IMG/VR virus record: IMGVR_UViG_3300020042_006808
DNA length: 64,000 nucleotides
Source of the DNA: an uncultured virus (IMG/VR IMGVR_UViG_3300020042_006808)
Lineage: Duplodnaviria > Heunggongvirae > Uroviricota > Caudoviricetes > Crassvirales
Strand: one strand, 5' to 3'
Under the pieces are notes generated by a model that was given only the letters and a program-made list of their open reading frames with translations, made no database searches and was not told where the DNA came from. Positions within the stretch are counted from its first letter, which is position 1; every line of letters starts with the position of its first letter. Both the position numbers and the translations under genes were made by a program. This document shows, one piece after another, positions 1 through 9,931 of the stretch.

Positions 1-3000
1 ATGGCAGCAATTAACAAAAGAAGGTTTTTGGGGGGGTGCTATATTAGGATTAGCACAGTCTCTTCCTGCTATGATAGGAAGAAGCAATCCTATGGGTTGG
101 GTTCAAAGAACATCTCAAATGTATGCTCAAGTTTCAGATGGATTAATGGTAGAAATGGAGAATGACCCTGCCTTTGCTAATATATCTGAAAGTGAAAAAG
201 CTGCAATCATTGCTCCTATTGGATTAGTATCATCTGTTCTAGAGGCTTATGGGCTTAGAAACGTGTTGAAAAGTAAGGGTATAGTAACTAGCATAACTAT
301 GTCTGTCTTAGGTAAAGCAGGTAAAGGAGCTAGTTACACATCACTTAGAGAATTAGCAGAGAATGAAGTAAAAAGTAGAATTGCTAAAGGCGCATTAGTT
401 ATAACTGCAGCAGGACTTGCTGAAGCAGAGACAGGCGCTGCTCAAGAAATTTCAGAGACGGGATTTAAAGCCGTTTACAACATGATTAAGGGGGATGAAT
501 ATTTTAAAAACCCAAAAACTATAAATGAATTTGTTAAGAATGTAGCTATAGCAGGAGCTCAGGAGGCTGTTGGTGGTTTCGTATTAGGGGTGCCTAATGC
601 TGTTGGAGCTGCATATAGCAAGAAGGGATTTCTCAAGATGGATGATTCCACTTTTGAGACTTTTGAAAACATGGCCAACGATGGCAGTTTACAGAGCGCA
701 TATATAATTAGCCTTAAAGAAAAAATTGCTAGTGGAAAGATATCCCCATCTGACGCCAAGGAAGAACTACAGAACTACCGTACAGCGGTTGGGGTGTATC
801 GTCAAATCCCTGATGGGTTAACTCTTCAGCAAAAGAAGGAGGCGATGAACCTTTTGAAGGAGAGAAAAGATTTAGAACAATTCATTGATGGTAAAGACGC
901 AGCATTGGTGTCTCGTCAGAAGAATAGAATATCAGAAATTAATGATGAGCTTGTAAAGATATCTGAACAAGGAGACGTTCAGAGGATTGAATCAGAAACA
1001 AATGAAGCAGCAGCTCAAAGAAGAGCTAAGATAGCTGAGTTAACTAATGCGGTTGAAGAGGACGATACTGCGATAGAGCTTGATTTATCTACTAAACTAC
1101 CAACGGAAGAGAGACAAAGAATTGAAAAACAATTACAGGACTTAAAAGAAGAACAAGATGCCGTTCAAGAGCAAGCAGCAGGTCAAGTACCTGTTCAGCC
1201 AACAACCACAGTTGGCCAAGAAGTGGAGCAAGGAGTACCTCAAGCAGAACCTCAAGTCACTGCCCAAGAAGGTGTCCAAGAAGAAGTAACTACAAAAATA
1301 CCTGAAACAAAAACAACATCAGTTTTTGCTGATGAGTTAAGCGCTAAATATGGAGTAGAGCTAGAGCTTCAGGATAATGAAACTGATAATTCAATATCTG
1401 TTCCTAAGATAGTTGTACCTAAAGACCAAAGGAAAAAGGGTGTTGGTACCAAGGTCATGGAAGAGATTGTTGAATTTGCAGATAGAGCAGGAAAGAAGTT
1501 GATACTAACACCTTCTACATCTTTTGGAGGTTCTTCTGTAAAAAGATTAGTTGAATTTTATAAGTCACTTGGATTTGTTGAGAACAAAGGAAAAAACAAA
1601 GATTTCACAATACGTGATTCTATGTATAGAAATCCTACTCCTATTACAATTCCTCAAGTTACTGCTCAACCTCTGACTCAAGAAGAGCAGATGGCTAGTA
1701 TGGAGCAGATGTTCTCAGAGGAAGAGGCTCCTGCTGCAAATGCTAACCAAGGTGTCTCTGTAACCAACAAGTCTGCGATTGATAATATAAAAACAAAAAC
1801 AACTGATAAGCAAAGAGTCAAGGTCATTGAATCTGCTCAACGAGTTTTAAAGACATTAAAGTCTGTGCTTCCAAACTTTGACATCGTACTACATGATGAG
1901 GAGGGAAGCTTTAATACTGCAATGGATGAGATAGGTGGAACAAAAGGTTCTAGAGGTAATTTTTCTATATATAAAGATGGTTCGGGTAGAATTGATATTA
2001 ATTTAAGTAGAGCTAATAGCAGCACGGTAGCTCACGAAGTTGCTCACGCAATCATGGCCAAGGCGTTTAATGGTACGCCTGAACTATACAAGTCATTTAG
2101 AGACAGGATATCTAAGATTTTAAATGAAAGCTCCAACAAGATGTTGATGGAATTTTCTGAGAACTATAATGAAGATACTTCTTATGAAGAATACCTTGCA
2201 GAGTTAACCGCAGTTTTAGAGCAACAGGAAGCTACTTTATCAGTCAATACGTTTCAAAAAATTGCGGCCATTATAAATGATGTGGTTTCAAAATTGACCA
2301 ATGGAACATTTAAGCCTTTTCAAGATATTAAGGACACCAAGCAGTTGGTTGATTTCTTTAACAGCACATCTACCTCCATTCGTTTAGGAGAAGAGATAGA
2401 ACTGAATGGAGGAGGAGAGGTAGGTACATTTAACTTTGGTTCAAAAAGCAGGGTAGATGTAAAGGATGCTCCTAGTGTAGCAAATGATAGTAGGTCGTTT
2501 ATAAAAGACTTAGTTCAGGACGTTGACATAAAAGAGTTTAGCGGAAAAAAGTTTGTCACCAATATGTATGACTATACCAATGCAGGTATAACCGACTTGG
2601 GAAATGGGTTTACTATAAATATGCTTGGCGGCAAGAACTATGTTCCATACATGATGTCTCTACAGGACAAGAAGATAGGCGATGTTTCTAATCTAGCCGC
2701 ATTCAATAATAAGGCACAAGCGGAATCCTTTGCACGTAATGCAATACAAGGGCAAGCGTCATTATTTGCGCCACACTCAGGAACATTATCTGAATCTTGG
2801 CAATTTCAGCAGCATACGTTTGCAGAACTTGTGAACTTGATTGTAGATAAAAAAATAATGAGTGACTCTGAATTGATTGATGTTTTCAATAAAACAATTA
2901 GCTCTAACAAGGATAACAAAAAAGCTTTTGATGCATTTAAAACCAAGGCAGGTAAAGACATATCTAACTTTGATTCTTTTAAAAATAACCCTAAAAAAAT

Positions 3001-3930
3001 AGTAGAACTATTAGACATTAAAAACAACTATTCTCCAAATTTAAGGAAGGCTCTTAATCTTTTCTCTCCTTCAAGAGGTTCATCGCCTCCTTCTTTTGCT
3101 GAAGAGTTAACCCATCAGGTATTTGACGATATACACCAACTGCTGTTCTGTAGTTTTGTTCCTCTTGCTTGGCATCAGAAGGGGATATTCTACCACTAGC
3201 TACTTTCTCTTTAAGACTAGTTATATATGCACTTTGAAGGGTTTCGTCATTAGCCATATTCTCAAACATCTCAAATGTTTTATCATCCATTTTGAGAAAT
3301 CCTGCCTTACTATATGCAGCACTAACAGCATTAGGAATTCCTAGTGTATAACCTCCAACTGCTTCTTGAGCTCCTGCATAGAACATTTCAGCTACAGCTT
3401 TTTCTATAGTTGCAGGAGTTTGAAAATACTTATCACCTTTTATATACTCATTATATATGGTCTTGAACCCTGTCTCTACACCTTGTTGTAAAAACCCTGT
3501 CTCTGCTTCAGCAAGACCTGCGGCAGTAAGGACCAATGCCCCTCTAGCAATTTTACTTTTTACTTCATTCTCTGCTAATTCTCTAAGTGATGTATAACCT
3601 ACTCCCTTTCCTGCCTTACCTAACATAGCCATAGTAAGGTTAGTTATTATACCCTTACTTTGCAATACGTTTCTAAGACCGTATGCTTCTAAAACAGATG
3701 ATGCTATTCCAATAGGAGCAACGATTGCGGCCTTTTCAACTTCAGATATGTTGGCAAATACAGGGTCATTCTCCATCTCTTGCATTAATCCATCTGAAAT
3801 CTGAGAATACATTTGAGCTGTTCTCTGAGCCCACCCTGCAGGGTTTGAACTACCAACCATAGCAGGCAATGATTTTGCTAATCCTAATATTGCCCCACCC
3901 CAAAATCCTTCTTGTTTTAAATTAGTCCAT
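1..3930. repeat. Divergent inverted repeat: 1-872 versus 3056-3930
   Basis: The translated segments align colinearly. 809-872 and the reverse complement of 3056-3119 differ at one of 64 nt; the remainder carries many substitutions. Confidence 0.95.
2..3055 (+). CDS. Internal fragment of a giant virion/ejection 'polyvalent' protein (second, divergent allele) with a GNAT acetyltransferase domain and an HExxH zincin-like metallopeptidase motif; open at the window start and broken at about 3055
   Basis: The frame is open from nt 2 (WQQLTKEGFWGGAILGLAQSLPAM), upstream of the ORF-track Met at 71. Nt 1-872 are homologous to the C-terminal part of ORF 3054..5396(-). GNAT motif VPKDQRKKGVGTKVM...LVEFYKSLGF at about 1320-1635; HEVAH at 2033-2047 followed by EEYLAE. 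The ORF tail after 3055 is antisense of the other allele. Confidence 0.75.
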
Positions 3931-5396
3931 TCAATGCTAGTATTCTCATCACCTCTTCTTATTCTAAGACCTTTTCTTATGTATGGCATGATATTAGCTT
4001 TTACAAGCTTTTTACCAAAGTCATCCATTTCATCCTCCCATGTATCCAATTGCTCAGGAGTCAATGTCTTTTTCCAATCTTGAATAGATTGGTTTTCAGA
4101 TGGAGGTGCAACACCTATTTTAGATGCTCTTTCAATTGTACCTTTTCTTAAATTTTCAGGGTTAATTAAAAATTCAGCAGACCCAAGTTCCATAGTAGTA
4201 TCTACAAATACATTTGTTGTACCTGCCGCCATACTACTAATACCCTCTAAAATAGAATTACCTATACCCCCAAGCCAACCACCTTGACGTGATTTTGTTT
4301 CAACATATCTACCAACAGACCTCTCTAAAGAAGATGCCTTGTTTGTAAGCTTCTGTTCTTCACTAAGTAGAGTTGGGAGTTCATTAACTAAAGATAATCT
4401 TGTTTTTTCTACTGCATCAACTCTTTTAATAAACTCAGGATTATTCCATTGGGATTCAGGAGTTGAATTAAGTGAGTCTACTTCTTTTTCATAAGCCTGT
4501 TGTCTTAAAAGAAAATCTTTCTGATTTTGATTTACAGCAGTAGCCTCTTTATTTATTTTAGAAACTTCATCATCAACTTCCTTTTGATTGCTGAATATCT
4601 TAACTTGTTGGTCCTTTAAAGTCTTATCAAGAACGAACAACCCTTTCATAGGCGTGTTGTCTTGAATAAACTTTTGAAGTTTAAATGTTTCTTCTGAAGA
4701 TTTACTATCTAAAAAATTGTTTAATGATATTTGTATTTTTTTCCCGTCAGGAGCAGTTACGTCCATCCAATCTCCTGTAGCACCCGCTTCCTCAAACTTA
4801 AATCCTAGTCCTCCAAAACGGTATTCCATTTCGGGGACAACAAATTCTTCATTCTTATCAATAAGGTCTTTATTAATTTGTGCTAACTGCTCATTAAGAT
4901 ATTTGTTATTCTCTACCTTTGGCTTTTCTACTAGTTTATCAAATTCATTTGATGCGCTAAGTTCAGCTTGAGCTTTTCTAATAGGTGCTTCCTTTAATTC
5001 CTTTAGAAACTCAGGACTTGTTGCAGGCGTAACAGGAATTTGAGACTTACCTTTCTGAAGGTTGGCTACTAACTTACCAAAGCGTAATGCCTCTGGGTCA
5101 GGAGCTGATACGGACGAAACCGAAGAACCATCTCCCGAAGGTGATTCCGTAATATCGTTTTTTTTTTCTGCCTGTTTTACTATAGGGTCCTGAGTAGCTT
5201 GGGTTTCTTCACCTAATCCCATTAATACTTTATAATCGTTTATAGTTTTTTTGTATCCATTTTCCAAAGCTAGATTATAAGAAACATCAAGAGCCCTTGT
5301 ATTGGATGAAAGCAATTGTTTGAATTCATCAATTGACTTATTGTATCCGTTTTGTACAGCTAAATCGTAAGACGCTAAAATGGCTTTTTCGTTCAT
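3054..5396 (-). CDS. N-terminal 780 aa of the giant internal virion/ejection protein, truncated at the inverted junction
   Basis: Last gene of the late operon, after two internal-virion-like genes. It ends KERKD-stop exactly where the homologous + strand copy continues KERKDLEQF. It has an N-terminal tandem motif (SYDLAVQNGYNKSIDEFK / SYNLALENGYKKTINDYK). Confidence 0.7.
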   Translation of the reverse strand: MNEKAILASYDLAVQNGYNKSIDEFKQLLSSNTRALDVSYNLALENGYKKTINDYKVLMGLGEETQATQDPIVKQAEKKNDITESPSGDGSSVSSVSAPDPEALRFGKLVANLQKGKSQIPVTPATSPEFLKELKEAPIRKAQAELSASNEFDKLVEKPKVENNKYLNEQLAQINKDLIDKNEEFVVPEMEYRFGGLGFKFEEAGATGDWMDVTAPDGKKIQISLNNFLDSKSSEETFKLQKFIQDNTPMKGLFVLDKTLKDQQVKIFSNQKEVDDEVSKINKEATAVNQNQKDFLLRQQAYEKEVDSLNSTPESQWNNPEFIKRVDAVEKTRLSLVNELPTLLSEEQKLTNKASSLERSVGRYVETKSRQGGWLGGIGNSILEGISSMAAGTTNVFVDTTMELGSAEFLINPENLRKGTIERASKIGVAPPSENQSIQDWKKTLTPEQLDTWEDEMDDFGKKLVKANIMPYIRKGLRIRRGDENTSIEWTNLKQEGFWGGAILGLAKSLPAMVGSSNPAGWAQRTAQMYSQISDGLMQEMENDPVFANISEVEKAAIVAPIGIASSVLEAYGLRNVLQSKGIITNLTMAMLGKAGKGVGYTSLRELAENEVKSKIARGALVLTAAGLAEAETGFLQQGVETGFKTIYNEYIKGDKYFQTPATIEKAVAEMFYAGAQEAVGGYTLGIPNAVSAAYSKAGFLKMDDKTFEMFENMANDETLQSAYITSLKEKVASGRISPSDAKQEEQNYRTAVGVYRQIPDGLTLQQKKEAMNLLKERKD

Positions 5397-5410
5397 ACTA
5401 TATGTGATTA

Positions 5411-6526
5411 TTAATCATTAAATTCGCTAAAACCTGTTCCAGTAGGAGGTGTCCTTGGAGCGTCCCTTCTTTCAGTCTGACCAAGAGGCTTAACTTCTAT
5501 TTTTCTATTAACCATACCCAACAACTGCTCAGTCAGGAATTTCTCAGCCGCCTTATCTAGTTCTTCTGAAAATCTATACTCAGCTCTGCCTGTATTAGGG
5601 TCTGTTACTTTAAGAATTAAATTAGGATTTTTAGCCGCAGCAGCAGGGTCTGTTGTAGTTGTATAGCCCAACGTATCTCTAAGTAAAGACGCCTTATGTA
5701 ATGGATTACCTAATACAGCTTTTACAGAGCTATCTACAGATGAATAAAAATCAAAAAATATTTCTTTACCATCAGCACTAATATCCTTTCTTAATCTAAG
5801 GTCTTCTATAGATGTAAGACTACCAATCATTTTCAATGTAGGCGGGTCTATGTTTTCTTGAATTTCTGTACCCATAGCTTCAGATATAGATTTTAAGGCA
5901 TCCATGTATTTGAACTTATCAATTCTTCCATAGACTTCACCCTGTATGTACTGCATTCCTCTTGTACTACCACTCTTTAGACCAATTACTTTTTGACCAT
6001 CAATGTCCTGCTCTTCTTTTAAGCCAACATTAACTCTGCCTGTAGGTGAATCAATAAAGAATCCTGATTGTCTAAAGTTACCATACCCTTGAATTTCTTC
6101 TAAATTTTCTATTTCTAAAAGTGAAGACTTATCAGTTTTTGCCCTCTCCATTAGTTCACCATATTGGTCTTGAAATCCCTTCATGGAACTAAAAGCTTGT
6201 CTTGTTCCGTCAACTAGATTTTGACGTGCAATCATATAATCCTTAGGGTCTAATAAACCTCTTTTCAAAAGATTCTCTTGCATCAACATATACTTAGTTG
6301 CTTGGTCAGCAAATCTTAAAGCTTCTTCTCTAGCCCCTACGTGCTCCCCTTGAGGAGCATTTGATAATTCCTCAGCATATCTACGTGTTGCCTCATCAAT
6401 AGCTGCCTTCTTTTCTTCTCTTACAGCAACTTCCTGACGGAGCATATCCGTCATGTTCTTTCCTATCTCGGCCCAATTGACCTGAGACTCAGCACTACGT
6501 TCAGCGTATTTATAAAATGTTGCCAT
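5411..6526 (-). CDS. Putative internal virion (ejection) protein
   Basis: 371-aa helical-looking ORF between the tail genes and the giant gene; synteny typical of podoviral core proteins. Confidence 0.5.
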   Translation of the reverse strand: MATFYKYAERSAESQVNWAEIGKNMTDMLRQEVAVREEKKAAIDEATRRYAEELSNAPQGEHVGAREEALRFADQATKYMLMQENLLKRGLLDPKDYMIARQNLVDGTRQAFSSMKGFQDQYGELMERAKTDKSSLLEIENLEEIQGYGNFRQSGFFIDSPTGRVNVGLKEEQDIDGQKVIGLKSGSTRGMQYIQGEVYGRIDKFKYMDALKSISEAMGTEIQENIDPPTLKMIGSLTSIEDLRLRKDISADGKEIFFDFYSSVDSSVKAVLGNPLHKASLLRDTLGYTTTTDPAAAAKNPNLILKVTDPNTGRAEYRFSEELDKAAEKFLTEQLLGMVNRKIEVKPLGQTERRDAPRTPPTGTGFSEFND

Positions 6527-6538
6527 TGATTATTTTTT

Positions 6539-7450
6539 TTATCTTCCTATAAAAGGAGCTAAAGTTGGATTTTGAAATACATTTAATCCAAATTGAGAAG
6601 ACTTAGCAGTAGGGTCATATCCGGGCTTAAAAGCTTTAGCATTACTTGGTAAAGCAAAATTTATTTTTTTCAATGTATCAGCATTAACTCCGCTCATAAA
6701 TTCAGCAAATTGCTCAGGGGTCATTCGTGATGTTTTACTAAAATCATATCCATCCAACATTCCTACATTAGCTATGTTCTTTTGAATATCAGATTGACTT
6801 AGGTCTAATTTCTTACCCAAAGATTTATTGATGTCACCAAACGCTTTAGCTGAATCAGTCTTCTGAAATAAAGGAACGGCCTCAGCAAACTGACTTCCTA
6901 AACTAGTTACTCCCTCAAACCCTTGTTGAGTAGCTTGGGCCCCTAACTCTTGTGCATTAGCAGCAGCAAGCTGAGCACCTGCAACTTCTTCTAGGTCTAG
7001 TTGAACACCAATATCACGATTTCTTGCGTCCTCCTGAGCACTAAGCATTGCAAGCTGCTGAAGGTCTTGGTTCATAGCAGATGTAATCCCTGATTGTGCT
7101 TCGTTAGCTGCCAATAAAACACGTCCTGCAGTAGCAGGACCACCTCTTTCGCTTTCAACACCAGCTTGCATAGCTTCCTTTGCTGTAGCAGAAAAGCGGT
7201 CCTTTTGGTCTTCATATATGTCTTTGTTAATTCCTAACTTATCATACACATTAACCTCAAGTTTTTCACGAGCTTTTTCCATAGCCTTTGCGGCTTCTTT
7301 GTTAGCATCGTCCATATCATCTCGCATTTGTTTTGCTCTAGAAAAAGACATACCTGCTGTTATCGCTGAAGTGGTCGCACCAATTCCTGCTGCGATTATT
7401 GGCGCTGTTATTGCTGTTCCTGCAATTGCTGCTGATGTTATTACTGCCAT
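6539..7450 (-). CDS. Putative internal virion protein (Ala/Gly-rich hydrophobic N-terminus, coiled coil)
   Basis: MAVITSAAIAGTAITAPIIAAGIGA N-terminus followed by an Ala/Gln coiled coil; follows the GNAT gene, as T7 gp14-like genes do. Confidence 0.55.
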   Translation of the reverse strand: MAVITSAAIAGTAITAPIIAAGIGATTSAITAGMSFSRAKQMRDDMDDANKEAAKAMEKAREKLEVNVYDKLGINKDIYEDQKDRFSATAKEAMQAGVESERGGPATAGRVLLAANEAQSGITSAMNQDLQQLAMLSAQEDARNRDIGVQLDLEEVAGAQLAAANAQELGAQATQQGFEGVTSLGSQFAEAVPLFQKTDSAKAFGDINKSLGKKLDLSQSDIQKNIANVGMLDGYDFSKTSRMTPEQFAEFMSGVNADTLKKINFALPSNAKAFKPGYDPTAKSSQFGLNVFQNPTLAPFIGR

Positions 7451-7451
7451 A

Positions 7452-7862
7452 TTATAAGACTTTTATCATTTCACTTGTGTATGAGTCTCCTTTGATATAG
7501 CCAAGACCCACATAAGTATTTATTAAACTTTGATTTTTAATTAGTGCATAGACGTACTTACACCCAACTAATGCACAGATTTCAGTCAATCTCGACACCA
7601 ATAATTCAATGGCGTCTTTCCTTAGTTCTTTGTTGGTATAATACCTACTTGAAATTATCCAATCAACCCATCCAACCTTAGAGTTAGTAAGGTACATAAA
7701 TCCTGCGCAAATAGGAACATCACCGTCATAAACTATGATGCCACCTTTACCATTGTCAGGAAGGAAGTCCCTTTGAGGAGGAATCCATTTCCAGTCCTTC
7801 CACCACCCTACAAGAATGTCTTCGTAATCTGCTTCGCTTAACTCTCGTATTGTTAGTGTCAT
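7452..7862 (-). CDS. GNAT-fold acetyltransferase-like protein (T7 gp13-like position)
   Basis: MTLTIRELSEADY start, ICAGFMY strand and LINTYVGLGY end, all typical of the GNAT fold. Confidence 0.6.
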   Translation of the reverse strand: MTLTIRELSEADYEDILVGWWKDWKWIPPQRDFLPDNGKGGIIVYDGDVPICAGFMYLTNSKVGWVDWIISSRYYTNKELRKDAIELLVSRLTEICALVGCKYVYALIKNQSLINTYVGLGYIKGDSYTSEMIKVL

Positions 7863-7883
7863 GCTATAACAAAGATATTAATT

Positions 7884-8693
7884 TTAAGGGAAACTTTTCA
7901 TTACGTCAGCCTCCACAGTAAATAGCTCAATCTTATCTACCTCATCGTTCTCTAAGTTAAATACGCAGTAATGTCCTAGTACACCATGAGACTCAGCAAT
8001 TGAGTTTTTAATGTAAAGGAAATATGCATCTTGAACAGTGATAGGTGTAGTCCCTGATATAGTTGTATTAATAGTTAATTGGTTCACCCCATTTGGTAAG
8101 TCAACTGTAATTGCAGTTACTTGTCCAGCCAATAATGGAGCCCCTGAGAATGAAGGAGGTAGTAGAAAATAAAATAAGTCACCAATACTTATGATGCTTC
8201 CAATAGAAACGCTTAATGAAAACTTGATAACATTACCTCCAACAACTTGTGAGCTTCTTCCTATACCATTTACACTTCTCAGATTTAACTGACCAAGGGT
8301 ATTGTTTCTAACAAAAGCAAAGAAGGTTCCTTCCTTTTTCTCAAAAAAATTGGCGCTAATAAATCCTGATGCCTGTATATCAGTTTGTAGAGTTACTGCC
8401 CAAGGAGCATCGCCCTGAAGGTCTATCGTTTTAAATAACTTATTCTCCAATGGGGACACATTGAATACACTCTGTAAACTTGTTGGAGTAAAATCTTCTA
8501 AAGGAGTACCGTTCTTAATATTCCAAGGAGTATAGAACGTGTTTCTGCTTTGATTCACATTGTGCCTATACAAGTCACCACCTTTAAACGTGTAGAAATA
8601 ATTATTCATTCCTATCATCCAATCAGGATAGAAAGAATAGAAGGACACCCATCCGGGTGCCGCTTCGCTATATGTTAGTGTATAATTTGCCAT
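7884..8693 (-). CDS. Tail structural protein, probably the C-terminal part of the tail nozzle/stabilisation protein
   Basis: TLTYSE..GWVSFYSFYPDWM and KLFKTIDLQG...FEKKEG motifs resemble the C-terminal region of podoviral stabilisation proteins. Confidence 0.55.
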   Translation of the reverse strand: MANYTLTYSEAAPGWVSFYSFYPDWMIGMNNYFYTFKGGDLYRHNVNQSRNTFYTPWNIKNGTPLEDFTPTSLQSVFNVSPLENKLFKTIDLQGDAPWAVTLQTDIQASGFISANFFEKKEGTFFAFVRNNTLGQLNLRSVNGIGRSSQVVGGNVIKFSLSVSIGSIISIGDLFYFLLPPSFSGAPLLAGQVTAITVDLPNGVNQLTINTTISGTTPITVQDAYFLYIKNSIAESHGVLGHYCVFNLENDEVDKIELFTVEADVMKSFP

Positions 8694-8696
8694 AGT

Positions 8697-9905
8697 TTAA
8701 CAAGGTCCTCCATAAGTTGATATAAATCCTGATGCGTCTACTTGAAAAGAATCTCCACTAGTAGGAGCTGACACAGTCTTATACCAAGTGTTGTTCCCGT
8801 TTAAAGGAATAGTATACGATGCGTTTATATAAAGCGCAAGACCTTGAGAGAAAATATCATTCAAATCAGCAGCAAGTCCATTAATGTATACGGTCAAAGG
8901 TGTTCCAGTCCCTGCACAAGCAGCTGCAGAGCTTCCCCATCCATAAGTATTAGGACTTGTAGTCACATCAAAGTATACTATGAATTGACTATACAAGCAA
9001 TCACCAAATGCAATAATCACACCATTAGCATCTACTTGAAACCACTCATTGGTACCAGCATCATTAGTCTGATAGTAACCTGCATTAAGTTTAAACTGAC
9101 CATTAACGTCACTAAAAACTAAATCATACAAACCTAAAGTACCACCAGCTCCATTAACATGAGCCACATAGTATGTTTGGTTTATAGTGGCTGAGCAAGC
9201 CGCTGCGCTACTAACATTGATTGTACTTGATGAGAATGACGTAAGTGCAGCAGGGCATAATACAGACACATTAAATACCGTGCCTGAGCATGGCCCTATA
9301 AACGTAAGATTTAGAATAGATGGAGACGACACTATTTTTGGTATTACCATAATGCAATTTCCCGGTGCTGAGGCAGTAAGCTGCATTTGACCTGCAGCTA
9401 CAGATACGTTCTCTGTAGTCCCTAATGGAGCAAATGTTGTTCCATTATACTGAAACTCATTAAGGATATAAGGAGAACCTGCTACTATACCACAATCAAA
9501 AGTTGTGTCACCAACGTAAGTAGGCAATCCTGCAGTCCCTTGTCGCCAGCCAAATGAAGGTGAAGAAAGACCGTTATAGATGACGCTATTAAATAAAGCA
9601 CTAATCCCATCAGGTACTGACAGTGGTTCAAACTCAACAATTACAGCTCCTGTGGGAGCACCAAGGTTTACGTTTAAATAGTATACACCTTGGTTCCCAC
9701 TAGCACTTATACTTCCTCCACAAACAATTGAACAAGAAAGACAAGTCTGCTGGGGAACAAGTACACATGACACTTGTTCTCTGACTATTACACCGTCCGA
9801 GTAGAAACCATTGGCAGCACAGACCGTTAAAGCTGCGTTTGTAAACACAGCCGTAGCCGAACCTAGTGATGGACCATTTAAATAATATGTTGAACTTACA
9901 GCCAT
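8697..9905 (-). CDS. Cys/Ser/Thr-rich virion appendage (adhesin-like) protein with internal repeats
   Basis: Repeated SSAAAC...TxY and FQVDAxG...C units; lies within the tail gene block. Confidence 0.5.
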   Translation of the reverse strand: MAVSSTYYLNGPSLGSATAVFTNAALTVCAANGFYSDGVIVREQVSCVLVPQQTCLSCSIVCGGSISASGNQGVYYLNVNLGAPTGAVIVEFEPLSVPDGISALFNSVIYNGLSSPSFGWRQGTAGLPTYVGDTTFDCGIVAGSPYILNEFQYNGTTFAPLGTTENVSVAAGQMQLTASAPGNCIMVIPKIVSSPSILNLTFIGPCSGTVFNVSVLCPAALTSFSSSTINVSSAAACSATINQTYYVAHVNGAGGTLGLYDLVFSDVNGQFKLNAGYYQTNDAGTNEWFQVDANGVIIAFGDCLYSQFIVYFDVTTSPNTYGWGSSAAACAGTGTPLTVYINGLAADLNDIFSQGLALYINASYTIPLNGNNTWYKTVSAPTSGDSFQVDASGFISTYGGPC

Positions 9906-9931
9906 TATATTTTATTTTTCATTTTAATTTA

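Noticed and set aside
873..3055. Invertase-controlled phase-variable segment (shufflon)
   Set aside because: No serine or tyrosine recombinase is seen in the window, and the flipped product would still be truncated; retained only as a minor alternative.
3056..3199. C-terminal tail of ORF 71..3199 (LFSPSRGSSPPSFAEELTHQ...)
   Set aside because: It is the antisense reading of the minus-strand allele beyond the junction, not a real protein end.
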